From a virus (Duplodnaviria; Caudoviricetes), in the IMG/VR virus record IMGVR_UViG_3300036792_000539, positions 1-58,382 of that record: 58,382 nucleotides of DNA; one strand, written 5' to 3'. A program made the translations under genes and the position numbers. Of this stretch, positions 27,122 to 36,723 are shown one piece after another (position 1 is the stretch's first letter; each line of letters starts with the position of its first letter). The notes below the pieces were generated by a model. It saw only the letters and a list, made by a program, of their open reading frames with translations. It had not been told where the DNA came from and did no database searches.

Positions 27122-29017
27122 TTAACTCAAATAGGCGTTTCCCCCGAACTCGTTGGCCTCGTTCAGGGTGATATAAAATGCCCCTCCGCCCTGCGAAAAA
27201 GCAGCCGGTGGATAACCTGGTGTTCCTGATGGCGGCGCACTGCCTGCACTGTTCCATTGGCCTAATAATGACGCGAAATTGACGGCCTCTATCAGTTTCA
27301 GCGCAATGGTCGCAGGAGTATCTCCGGCTAAAGCCACCACCGTAATCACATGGCTATACACTTCAAGCGTGAACCTATTGCCAGCCTGCACGTTGGGCCC
27401 GACTTGAAAATAGTTGGTGCTGGTCGAGCCGTTACTTCCTGTGCGTACCAGGGTAAGCGCTGGGAGTGCCTGGATCGTAAAGGGCTGGGTCGCGGGCGTT
27501 CCTTGGGCGCCGTTATCACAGATCGGGATAATTTTAGCTGAGTGGTTGCCGACCGCAAGATTATTGAGCACGATGGAAGGCGATCCTGCCTTGATCGGGG
27601 TGACGGCATTGTCGATATAGATATACCAAAGGGTCGGTGATCCGGTCGCCTGCCAACTAAGCGTGGCCTGCGTCTGTGAATTCTGCAAAAGGGTAATATT
27701 CGACACCGTGCCATCACATGGCGCAGTCCCGGTTGTTGATCCGGTAAAGGTCCCTGACCATGATCCCGTCACGGAGCCGCAGATACTTTGCAGCTGATAC
27801 TCAATTTCTGTCCCCGCAGGGAGACCAGGTATAGTATAGGTACGACCATTCAGGCCCGACACCAGGTTCCACTGCGTTGAAGATGCCAGCCGCCACTGGA
27901 GATTCCAGCTGGTCGTGAACATCCCAAAATTGACGGCAATCGTGAACGAATTATCCGTCGGCGTGGTCGAGGTTACAAAGGGCGGACAGCAGGGGATCGT
28001 GGTCTGGCTATAGCAGTTGCTATTGATATCGGAGATCGGCATCGAGATCTTCAGCTTTGCCGAAGCCACGACGATCGTATTTTCATCGATCCAGTCCGGC
28101 TTATAATCTCCCTGGATGAATAGCTCATTGCTTACCAGCCCGGTATCGGTATTGGTAAAAAGGACATGGTCGTGCTTGAGCGCGACCACAATCCGCTGAT
28201 GGAAATAATCCGTCAGTACGTCCGTATACCCCTCAAATTCCTTATTGATGCGCGCCGATGCCCGCCTCATTTTCCCATTTGATTTGGTATAGACCTGTTC
28301 GACAATCGGATAAATGGGCTTGTGAAAGGTAAGCGGCAGCCGGATCGTATTAAAAAAAGCGCTTGTGGGATAGCTGAACCCATAGGCATCATCATCATTC
28401 CAGTATGCGAGGAACGTACTATAGCAGGTATCCCCTACCCGGCGGAATTTGTTGCTGAAGGCAATCACATTGCCGCTGCCATCTGCGATACCGTAGCGAA
28501 AGCAGTCGCCGATCCGGAGTAGTCCGGACATATTGGTCTGCGGATAAACGGCAAAGCCATAATCCCAGAAAGCACCGAAGGTGATTGTGCCGGTACTCGT
28601 AACGATAGAGAGCGCCGGAAAAAGACAGCAATAATCGAACTGGGTTGAAGGAATATCAGTACCAACCACGGCGCCAAGCGCCGCGAGAAAGGAAGGGAAA
28701 TCATAGGAGCCGGCTGGAATTGGCTGGCCGGCGTTCACGATGACCGGAAAAGCACTCTCCGCTACGCTAAGCCGGTATTGATAGCAGAGATTCTGCACCA
28801 TAATTCCCTGATCGAGGATCTTGTTTCCATCCGCATCACAGATCACCAGCTTTAGGCCGCTGGCCGCCGGCAGGTCACCGCTCACCTGCAGTTGGAACTG
28901 GATCCCGAAATCGTTATAGGCCGGAAGGGAGATATCCGGCTGCGGCGGACAGAGAATATCCACCGGAGGGTTGAAATCGACGAAGCTATTCGGCGGGCTA
29001 ATGATCGAGAAGCTCAT
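27122..29017 (-). CDS. Virion structural protein with fibronectin type III domains
   Basis: YTIPGLPAGTEIEYQLQSIC and a second FN3-like unit; Cys-rich. Confidence 0.7.
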   Translation of the reverse strand: MSFSIISPPNSFVDFNPPVDILCPPQPDISLPAYNDFGIQFQLQVSGDLPAASGLKLVICDADGNKILDQGIMVQNLCYQYRLSVAESAFPVIVNAGQPIPAGSYDFPSFLAALGAVVGTDIPSTQFDYCCLFPALSIVTSTGTITFGAFWDYGFAVYPQTNMSGLLRIGDCFRYGIADGSGNVIAFSNKFRRVGDTCYSTFLAYWNDDDAYGFSYPTSAFFNTIRLPLTFHKPIYPIVEQVYTKSNGKMRRASARINKEFEGYTDVLTDYFHQRIVVALKHDHVLFTNTDTGLVSNELFIQGDYKPDWIDENTIVVASAKLKISMPISDINSNCYSQTTIPCCPPFVTSTTPTDNSFTIAVNFGMFTTSWNLQWRLASSTQWNLVSGLNGRTYTIPGLPAGTEIEYQLQSICGSVTGSWSGTFTGSTTGTAPCDGTVSNITLLQNSQTQATLSWQATGSPTLWYIYIDNAVTPIKAGSPSIVLNNLAVGNHSAKIIPICDNGAQGTPATQPFTIQALPALTLVRTGSNGSTSTNYFQVGPNVQAGNRFTLEVYSHVITVVALAGDTPATIALKLIEAVNFASLLGQWNSAGSAPPSGTPGYPPAAFSQGGGAFYITLNEANEFGGNAYLS

Positions 29018-31704
29018 GCGCGTTTGGGAATAAGGGTGTACTTGGCCATTCCCGCGACAGGGCTATAAGATATTTTGGATATCCATCCCTGCCGGACCTC
29101 GCTCGGGTCGCGGTAATAGGTAATCAACCCGTAAGGGTTCGCTTTGATCGCGACGAATTCATCCGCCGCCATGGGATAATCGAAGGAATCTTCTTCGAGC
29201 GCAAAAATTGGCTCGTTTCCGGGTTGGTCAGCAAAGATCTGGATGCTTAGGTTTTGAGCTTCTTTCACGTCCACCGCCTCCATCTTGCCGGTAGGATCCA
29301 GCTGCTGACCAGTTGCGAAATAGTTTCCATCGCCGGTTACAAAGACAAAGACGCTGCTCGGATCATAAGGGTTCTGGTACATGGAAAGCATCCATTTCAT
29401 CCACCGCATCATGTTGCGGAAAGGCGATAGCCGCCAGTTGTAGACTGTCGACGGGTCAACCATGAAGCAAGTGGTCTGATCTACCTCGCCGCTGGCGGTC
29501 GTAACATTTCCCTGCTCCGGTTCGAAGAGCCGCGGAGATACGCTTTTTATTACGCCCGAGAAAGCAGTTCCCGGCACAAGGGATTCTTTAACGGTCAAGA
29601 TCGAATCGCCCCCATAAAGGGTCGTCGGCGAGGTTTGGACAATATTGCGGGCGCAGGTTACGACGGTATAAGTCATTGGCGCTCCGCTCCCGATCGTTAT
29701 ACTGAACGTACCACCGACTGGAAAGACCAGGACCTGTCCGGTAATATAGATAATGTTCCCAGGCTGGAACTGAATGCTTTGACAAGTCAGCTTCATCGGT
29801 AAGACGCAGATCAGGAAGGTATCGTTATCAAACTCGCTGTCCTGGGTGGCGTCCCCGGATGCGCGCCGGCAATATTCGATCGCGTAGCCCGACGTCACAA
29901 AGTCGCAGGTCTTATCGAGGGTATTCTGGATTTGGGTGAAAGTCGAGCGGTACTGGCGTTTCGTAAGAAATTCATCCAAGCCGTCATAGGAGGAGGTTTC
30001 CCATTTCGAATAGCCGAAGTTCATCAAACTATAAAATTTCCCGCTCTTGGTCTCTTTTGTGATCTCCAGGATATTATCGAGCGTCATAAGGACCTGACTC
30101 TGGAAGAAATAATCAAACCGCTCCATCCGAAGGCGCTGCTTGCCAGGTCGCGTGGGGTCATCTTCGATGCCCAGTCCGGTGCAATGGATCGCATTCAGGG
30201 CATTAAAGACATCCTCAAAGGAAAGGGCAAAAATGTTGACATTGTTGAGTATATCCGACTGCGAAGAGTTGAAATTATCCAGATAGCCTCCTTGCGCGTT
30301 CAGGACGGCTTGGCGAGCCTGAAGGCCCCGCATGATCAGCCCTTTCGTAAGCACTTCGAACGCTCCTTCACCGTCAGTAGCTGCCGCATATGGCTGGCTG
30401 TCTATACGCCCGAAATAATCTGAGACGACGGAGAGCTCTGTATTGGTGATATTCTCAGCGATCCGGCTCATCGTTTCCAGGACCGGGAAAACTTTGCAAG
30501 GCGTATCCACATAAGTCGTCGGCGCCTCGCAATTGATGGAATTATTTCCGTCAAACGTGAAATTGGGCCGCGCGCCTAATCCAAACTTCCCAAAGATGAC
30601 AGCGAACATCAGGGCTTCGCCATTTTGAAGGGGATAAGCCGGATTGTTATATTCGAAATCGAAATTGACGATATCCGAAGGCCCGGAGGCTCTATAAACT
30701 GGGCTTTGCTGAATAATGGCATTGACAGACCGACTGCCATTAGAATCGTATAGATAGGAGATCAGCAAGATTTGGAAAAACCCTTCTCCCGCCGGGCCTA
30801 TGTCTGAATAGAAGCCTTTAAAAACGATATCTATGGACGGCGCCTCTACCTGGACCAGGTTGGCGATATTGATAGGAAGCAAGCGAGGCTTATACATTAG
30901 GTAAGCCCCACCGATATGGCCGAGATCATTGTATCCGCCATAGGCGATCTGGACACTGGTAATGTTCGTAGCAATGTTAATCCCGATACTCGGATATTGA
31001 ACGAAGGATTGCAAGATTTCGACCGCCCGCACATTGGTAAAAGGCGGGATGAAGTAGCCGGCACTGATGTTGGGATCGCCATGGATGAATGCCTGATCGT
31101 TATACAGGGGATAGCTGACGGGTTGAGGCCCAAAGTTCGCATCGCCGATCCCCACGCTGGTATTATCCGCTACGATCCGCTCAATGACGGTCTTGTTTTT
31201 CAGCGTGATCACCTGCCCCATGGCGCTATAGGGTGTCAATGGCGTCTTCAGGTCATAGCCTATCATATTCTCCAGGTCGACCTTTTGGTCATAGAGGTTA
31301 TTGAACTGCAAGAGCGCGGATGAGGTTTCGAGCGGCACATCGATATAGCAGAAGTCGCTGTCCACCCGCTTATATTCAGTAAAATTGAACTGGGCCTGGT
31401 AGAAGAACTGGTACTGGCAATCCGGACACTCCGGGCAATAGTATTCAATGAGCAGCTGCACATTGGCCACAATGCCAAAGCCCTCATAGGCGGTGCGCAG
31501 GATCCAATAGGCCTGATCGGTCCACTTCAGACTGGAGAACGAATAATCGAAAAAGACACCCTTCAGATCCTCATCGCGCTCAATTTCGATCGTTGCATCC
31601 GTCCATCCGGGGGGCTCATAGAGGCTGCCATCCTTTTCCGTAAGGACAGTGTTCGTCCCGCCGACGCTGGTCGTAAAATCGATCATGGTAAATCTCCAGT
31701 TCAT
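29014..31704 (-). CDS. Large tail structural protein (hub/tip-like)
   Basis: 896 aa directly after the tape-measure-like gene; EPPGW...IEIERD N-terminus. Confidence 0.6.
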   Translation of the reverse strand: MNWRFTMIDFTTSVGGTNTVLTEKDGSLYEPPGWTDATIEIERDEDLKGVFFDYSFSSLKWTDQAYWILRTAYEGFGIVANVQLLIEYYCPECPDCQYQFFYQAQFNFTEYKRVDSDFCYIDVPLETSSALLQFNNLYDQKVDLENMIGYDLKTPLTPYSAMGQVITLKNKTVIERIVADNTSVGIGDANFGPQPVSYPLYNDQAFIHGDPNISAGYFIPPFTNVRAVEILQSFVQYPSIGINIATNITSVQIAYGGYNDLGHIGGAYLMYKPRLLPINIANLVQVEAPSIDIVFKGFYSDIGPAGEGFFQILLISYLYDSNGSRSVNAIIQQSPVYRASGPSDIVNFDFEYNNPAYPLQNGEALMFAVIFGKFGLGARPNFTFDGNNSINCEAPTTYVDTPCKVFPVLETMSRIAENITNTELSVVSDYFGRIDSQPYAAATDGEGAFEVLTKGLIMRGLQARQAVLNAQGGYLDNFNSSQSDILNNVNIFALSFEDVFNALNAIHCTGLGIEDDPTRPGKQRLRMERFDYFFQSQVLMTLDNILEITKETKSGKFYSLMNFGYSKWETSSYDGLDEFLTKRQYRSTFTQIQNTLDKTCDFVTSGYAIEYCRRASGDATQDSEFDNDTFLICVLPMKLTCQSIQFQPGNIIYITGQVLVFPVGGTFSITIGSGAPMTYTVVTCARNIVQTSPTTLYGGDSILTVKESLVPGTAFSGVIKSVSPRLFEPEQGNVTTASGEVDQTTCFMVDPSTVYNWRLSPFRNMMRWMKWMLSMYQNPYDPSSVFVFVTGDGNYFATGQQLDPTGKMEAVDVKEAQNLSIQIFADQPGNEPIFALEEDSFDYPMAADEFVAIKANPYGLITYYRDPSEVRQGWISKISYSPVAGMAKYTLIPKRA

Positions 31705-34700
31705 TTGCGTCGATGATACCGTTTTGAGATGGAAATCTGTCGTTCAATTCCCTTTCGGATGGCATGGACAAACCCATTTTCGTCGAAAGAAAATTCATTC
31801 ATCGGCAACTGGGAAATAGCGCCTCCCAGGTGACGGGCAACGGCGGCGCCCAGCTGGTCATAGTCGATCGCGGCGCCCCCAAAGCCTCGACGTTCCATAT
31901 CTTCCAACGGGAGGGCTGGATTTAGATCGCCGGTGAGCATGGCATTGGCAACCTCCGGCTGGATGAGTTCATTGTGGATGGCTGACAGGGCCGGGAAATA
32001 CTTCCGGTTGATATCGGCTCGGACGACCCGCTCCCCCTTGCTAAGCCGGGCAAGGATCGAATCGGAAGTAGACGTTCCCGGGCCGTCGAGCATTTCCACG
32101 CCAGCGCGGTAGGTCGGGAGCGGTGTGGATTTGATTTTTGATAGTTGAGCCGTGGTTTGCGCAATCGCGAGAGCAGTCAGGACGGCAGCCAGGATGGGAT
32201 CGTCGGCATGCTCAGCCCATATCTTCGCAATGGCCAGGAAACCATCGATTTCCGCCTGCTGCTCATCATTATTGCGCTTTTGGATATCCGCTTGACGTTC
32301 GGAGGCAATCTGCTGACGTTTAAAGGATTCATCAATAGCCGCCTTTTGGGTATTGGTCAGGAATTTTTGGTTGAGGGTAGCTTCCTTGTCCCGATCCAGA
32401 GCAGCCGTGCGGTTTATCTCCTCCTGCCTGATCTCATTGTCATTGACCGCAAAAACGGCATCCGCGATTTTCTGGGTGATCTCGATCGTAGTGTTCTGGA
32501 TCGCCTGGTAGACCTGCTTTTTGTGGGCCGCTTCGGCATTATCGATCTCATATTGCTTTTGCAGCCGCTGGTTTTCCAGCTCCAGCGACTTCTGGACGTA
32601 TTGCTCCTGGGTGATAATCTTATTTTGATAAAGGCGTTCATTTTCTTTTTCTTCATTATCAATATTTTCCAGTTCAATCTGCCGGGCCTGCTGCTGCAAC
32701 TTAAACCGCTGGTCATTGGTGGTGGTGGGACTGGCGGCCTGCCCTTGCAAGCGGGTGATCCGGATGTCATTGACGGCCCTTGAGCTATTGGTCTCATCCT
32801 CGATCTCCTTTTGCAGATAGGCTTTTCGCAAATCTGCTTCCTGCTGCAAGGCTTTGGCGTTGATCTCAGCGATCTGCGCCTGTCCTTTCTCCGTATTCCG
32901 CACCCGTTCGTCGATCGCTGCGACTTCCGCCTGGCGCTCCAGTTCGACTGCTTGCAGCTGAAGGGTATATTCCTCATGCGTGCCCCGTTGGGTGGCATCG
33001 AGCTTCGCCTGGTTGACGAGCTTAGCGCTTTCCAGCTCATCGAGATTGCGCTGGCGGATGAAATTGCGCAAGAGGGCGCTATAATCGTCCTCGAACTGCA
33101 GGCGCACCCGCTGCTGCTCCTGGATATTGTCCCGGGCAGCGAGGGTATCGACATCGCGCTTTTGGATCAACAGTTGCTTTTCCAGCTCCAGCTCTTCGTT
33201 GCTGCCTTTTTGCACAACGGCAAGCTTTCCATTGGCATAGGCCTGATAGATTGCCAGGCTACCTTTGGCCTGCTCTAGGGTATAATTATACTGCAGGTCG
33301 CGGATCTCCCGGGCGGTCTGTTCCTCAATTGCCCGCCGCTGAATGCCGGTCAGGTTGGCATCATTTAGTTCCAGCGCTTTCTTTCGGTTCAGGACGCCGA
33401 TCTCGGCATTGAGCTCCTCTTCCGTTGATTTTTTCGATAGGGCAAGGCGGATATTGGCCGCGGCGACATCGTCTTTCAGCCCTTCTTCTACAGCGTGCTT
33501 CCGGAGCTCTTCAGCTTTGGCTTCATCTGCGGCGCGGGCTTCAATTAAGGCTTTTTGGCTATTTTCTCCCGTCTCGAGCTGCTTCTGGAGGTTCTCGATT
33601 TGCGCCTTGGTATTATCGATATCGTCATTAATAGTCGATTCGCCTCTTTCACCATAGAGCCATTTGGTCAAGAACCAGCTGGACTTTTTGGAATCGAGCT
33701 CCGTTTTCAGCGAAACGAGCTTTTCCTTTAGAAAGGAAATTTGCGAAGATACATCGCCGATATTTTTTACCTCAGCCGCATAGAAACCGGCATTGTTGCC
33801 GGCAAGGGCCCGCTCCGCGGCAGCCAATTCCTTTTCCTTCTCGAGGATCTGGGTCTGGCTAACATTTTTTGCCTTTAGGACGGTAAGCTCGGCCTGGAGG
33901 TCGCGGATCCGTTCACTATTGCCTTGTACGGAGATCCGTTGATATTCCTCCAAGGCTTCCATCTGCAGCTTTTCTTCCTCGAGGAGCTTTTTCTGGGCCT
34001 CGGCCGCTTTATTGGTGTTGCTGGTAAAGGCAAAGAGGGCAGCGCCGGCGGCAACCAAAATACCAATAAGCAAAACGGCGGGATTGGCTGCCATGACGGC
34101 ATTTAACGCGGCCTGAGCGGCCGTAGCGGCATACCGGACAACAATATATTCGCTTTCGGCAGCCGCGGCCAGTTGAGTAGCTGTTGCTTGTAGCGCCGCC
34201 TGCCCCCGGGCAATCAACTGGACAGCGGCAGATTCTTTCAGCGTTACATTGTAGAGCTTCTGAATACCGTTGGCCAGCGCCATTGCGGCAAACACCCGTT
34301 GCGTCGTTTTCTCGAGTTCTTCGGACTTTTCCCCGAAAATGGCCGATGCGCCGGCGGCGGCTTCAAATGCGCCGGCGATGCCTTCTGCCCCTTCTACAAC
34401 GCCCCCTAAGTTTTTTGTTTCGCTGGCCACCCCTCCAATGTCTTCGCCTACCTTTTTGGCGCTGATCTGCAGTTCTGCCAGGCTATTTTTGACGGCCTTA
34501 TAGACCTCTGTATTATCAAGCCCTGCCTGCTTCAGCTGGACGAGTGTATTGGTATAGGCCCGCGTTTGTTGTTGAATAGTGGAGGTGCCGGCGGCCAGGG
34601 ATGCCGTCGTCTTGGCAAGGGCCCCCATTGCAATCTCGGTTGCTTTAATTTCCTCCTCCAGATCGGTAAAGGCGTCTGTGCCGGCCTGAAGCGATGCCAG

Positions 34701-35051
34701 CTTTGCCTTTGCCTGATCCAGCTGGGAGATCATCTTTCCGATCTCCGTGGATACGCCGGCGGTAGATGTCCGGAGGCTATCCAGCGCCTGTTTGCCGGCG
34801 GCCCCGACAATGCCTTTAGAGGCGTTGTTCGTAGCATTCGCCAGTCGGTCGAATTGGGAACCGGCGCCGGCGGCAGCCGTTGCTATCGCCTTGACGTTGG
34901 AGGCGGTAGCAGCTGTCGCCTTATTCAGCTCGTCGAACTGCTTGACCTGCTCTGCCGACAAGCCGCTTTTCTGCAGTTCCTGATTGGCGGTTGCCAGCTC
35001 AGAATAATCGCCGGTGAATTTAATGACGACGTTGCGGGTATCCGTGGGCAT
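31701..35051 (-). CDS. Tape-measure-like protein
   Basis: 1116-aa Ala/Gln/Glu-rich helical protein; AQAALNAVMAANP plus TM segment; C-terminal GPGTSTSDSILARLSKGERVV motif. Confidence 0.8.
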   Translation of the reverse strand: MPTDTRNVVIKFTGDYSELATANQELQKSGLSAEQVKQFDELNKATAATASNVKAIATAAAGAGSQFDRLANATNNASKGIVGAAGKQALDSLRTSTAGVSTEIGKMISQLDQAKAKLASLQAGTDAFTDLEEEIKATEIAMGALAKTTASLAAGTSTIQQQTRAYTNTLVQLKQAGLDNTEVYKAVKNSLAELQISAKKVGEDIGGVASETKNLGGVVEGAEGIAGAFEAAAGASAIFGEKSEELEKTTQRVFAAMALANGIQKLYNVTLKESAAVQLIARGQAALQATATQLAAAAESEYIVVRYAATAAQAALNAVMAANPAVLLIGILVAAGAALFAFTSNTNKAAEAQKKLLEEEKLQMEALEEYQRISVQGNSERIRDLQAELTVLKAKNVSQTQILEKEKELAAAERALAGNNAGFYAAEVKNIGDVSSQISFLKEKLVSLKTELDSKKSSWFLTKWLYGERGESTINDDIDNTKAQIENLQKQLETGENSQKALIEARAADEAKAEELRKHAVEEGLKDDVAAANIRLALSKKSTEEELNAEIGVLNRKKALELNDANLTGIQRRAIEEQTAREIRDLQYNYTLEQAKGSLAIYQAYANGKLAVVQKGSNEELELEKQLLIQKRDVDTLAARDNIQEQQRVRLQFEDDYSALLRNFIRQRNLDELESAKLVNQAKLDATQRGTHEEYTLQLQAVELERQAEVAAIDERVRNTEKGQAQIAEINAKALQQEADLRKAYLQKEIEDETNSSRAVNDIRITRLQGQAASPTTTNDQRFKLQQQARQIELENIDNEEKENERLYQNKIITQEQYVQKSLELENQRLQKQYEIDNAEAAHKKQVYQAIQNTTIEITQKIADAVFAVNDNEIRQEEINRTAALDRDKEATLNQKFLTNTQKAAIDESFKRQQIASERQADIQKRNNDEQQAEIDGFLAIAKIWAEHADDPILAAVLTALAIAQTTAQLSKIKSTPLPTYRAGVEMLDGPGTSTSDSILARLSKGERVVRADINRKYFPALSAIHNELIQPEVANAMLTGDLNPALPLEDMERRGFGGAAIDYDQLGAAVARHLGGAISQLPMNEFSFDENGFVHAIRKGIERQISISKRYHRRK

Positions 35052-35142
35052 GCTTCATCTTTCGTCTATTTGCATTTTCAGTATCTATCTCCTTTTTCAT
35101 ATCGTTCAGATGGAAATAGTACTCGTATATAGAAAGGCTCAT
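35020..35142 (-). CDS. Small ORF or frameshift extension of the tail assembly chaperone
   Basis: ATG overlaps the upstream stop (TGATG); the frame is -1 relative to the upstream ORF and open back to at least 35373. Confidence 0.4.
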   Translation of the reverse strand: MSLSIYEYYFHLNDMKKEIDTENANRRKMKHAHGYPQRRH

Positions 35143-35789
35143 CAGTTCGATCTGCGGCGGGAGCCATTTAGCGAGGGCGATTTTCTGACGCTCTCGAGTA
35201 ATGGCAGACTGTCGGATAGCTGTGACGAAATGGTCTCCCACATCTTGTCGTTCAGCACCTTTACGACCTCCGAATAGTTCTCTAAATTCTCCTCGAAGGA
35301 ATCCAAACCCGGTATCAAATTTTTGATAGGGGTCGACAAAAAAAAACTCTTCAGCGACAGGTCCTTTTTCCATCGCTCGATCTTCTTTTGTCCATAGGCA
35401 AAGTCATAGCGGTACGGGTCCTCGGTTTGATCGAAATACATGACCGCGGCGAGTTTGTATACGATCTCCGGTTCCACGATCAATCCGAGCCGGTCCTGCA
35501 AATTTTTGTTCAGGATGGAAATCCGGTAAACGTCGATCTTTTTGGGATCGGCAAGAATTTCGCGCATCGCCCTACAATGCGCCTCCAGGTATTCCCGGGT
35601 CGTGCGCATGCGCAGCTCCTCATAGAAGCTGAGGGCGGTCAGCGCGCGCTCGAATCCCATGGACAGCACATCCGGAAAATGATAATAATCGATGCCGTTA
35701 GCCGTGAAGGCCAGCTCGATCTTATGGCCCGGGCGCAGCTGATGCGCCGGCCTGCGGAAAATACTTTTCAAGATTTTTGTTAAGGTCAT
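35142..35789 (-). CDS. Putative tail assembly chaperone
   Basis: Helical protein upstream of the tape measure gene; contains a T9 run. Confidence 0.45.
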   Translation of the reverse strand: MTLTKILKSIFRRPAHQLRPGHKIELAFTANGIDYYHFPDVLSMGFERALTALSFYEELRMRTTREYLEAHCRAMREILADPKKIDVYRISILNKNLQDRLGLIVEPEIVYKLAAVMYFDQTEDPYRYDFAYGQKKIERWKKDLSLKSFFLSTPIKNLIPGLDSFEENLENYSEVVKVLNDKMWETISSQLSDSLPLLESVRKSPSLNGSRRRSN

Positions 35790-35994
35790 ATAAATAGCCG
35801 CTGGCCACAGCGGAGCCGTTTTTTTTGATGACGAAGGTCCCATGGACGGTCTGCGCGGGTCGGATCTCGAGCACCTGGTTGTTCACGCCGCGCAGAAAGC
35901 ATTTGTACAGGTTCCCGCAGGCCGTGCATTTGCTGACCGTAAAGCCGCAGCGTTCCATCAGCGTCCTGAAATTCTCCTTAGTAACCGCCTCCAT
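35722..35994 (-). CDS. Small Cys-containing hypothetical protein
   Basis: CTACG motif; overlap-coupled in the operon. Confidence 0.55.
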   Translation of the reverse strand: MEAVTKENFRTLMERCGFTVSKCTACGNLYKCFLRGVNNQVLEIRPAQTVHGTFVIKKNGSAVASGYLYDLNKNLEKYFPQAGASAAPGP

Positions 35995-36274
35995 GGGGAA
36001 TAAAAAATTGGTCTTTCCAGATGGCGATGAGCCAGTTTAACCCGATGACCGGTAGCATCAGCTCGATCAGGCCGCATGCCGGCCGGCCCAGCACGTAGAA
36101 TACCAGCGTCCAAAAGCCGCCCATGCAAGTCAGGCATTCAAATGCGGGCTTGTGCAGGACCTGCGGTAGGATGCGCCAGAGCCAGCGCCGGACCGGCGCC
36201 AGGATCATGCCTTCCTGGAAGCATACATATACTGCCAAGATCTTCAGCGACGTGAGGACAACCTGCTCCAGCAT
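35978..36274 (-). CDS. Small membrane protein with CxxC
   Basis: KPAFECLTCMGGFW flanked by hydrophobic helices. Confidence 0.65.
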   Translation of the reverse strand: MLEQVVLTSLKILAVYVCFQEGMILAPVRRWLWRILPQVLHKPAFECLTCMGGFWTLVFYVLGRPACGLIELMLPVIGLNWLIAIWKDQFFIPHGGGY

Positions 36275-36288
36275 GACGGACGATTTGC

Positions 36289-36675
36289 TTAGTGGCAGTC
36301 GATGATCGAGTTGGGAACGTTAGCCGTGACATTGGCGAACGCCATCAGGATCGTATCGTAAGCTTCGGCGCAGAACGTTAAGGGCTGGGGAGCCTCGTCC
36401 TGGAGGGTCTTTTTGACCTGCAGCTGAAACTTACCGCTATAGGGATTGAAAAGGCCGGTGGGAAAGTCCGCGGCCAATAGTTCAAAAGAACCGTTCTCGT
36501 CGGCCGTTACCTGCTTGGTATATTCATTGCCGAATTTGTCGGTGACGATGTACCAATACTCGGTAGCAGGCGTGAGATGGGCGTTGATGGTGATATTGTC
36601 GACCGCGGCATTGGCGCCGCTGGGCGCCGGCAGGGTGATCTGAAAAACGCTATTGCAAGGGGTAACAAGGCCCAT
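36289..36675 (-). CDS. Hypothetical beta-rich virion-associated protein
   Basis: 128-aa ORF, first in the operon after terL. Confidence 0.65.
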   Translation of the reverse strand: MGLVTPCNSVFQITLPAPSGANAAVDNITINAHLTPATEYWYIVTDKFGNEYTKQVTADENGSFELLAADFPTGLFNPYSGKFQLQVKKTLQDEAPQPLTFCAEAYDTILMAFANVTANVPNSIIDCH

Positions 36676-36691
36676 CCGCCGGTATTTTAAT

Positions 36692-36699
36692 CAAACTTA
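36692..36699 (-). promoter_or_regulatory. Candidate -7 promoter element (TAAGTTTG)
   Basis: TAnnTTTG match 17 bp upstream of ORF 36675. Confidence 0.45.
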
Positions 36700-36723
36700 C
36701 AGGATTATTTTAATTCCGGGAGA

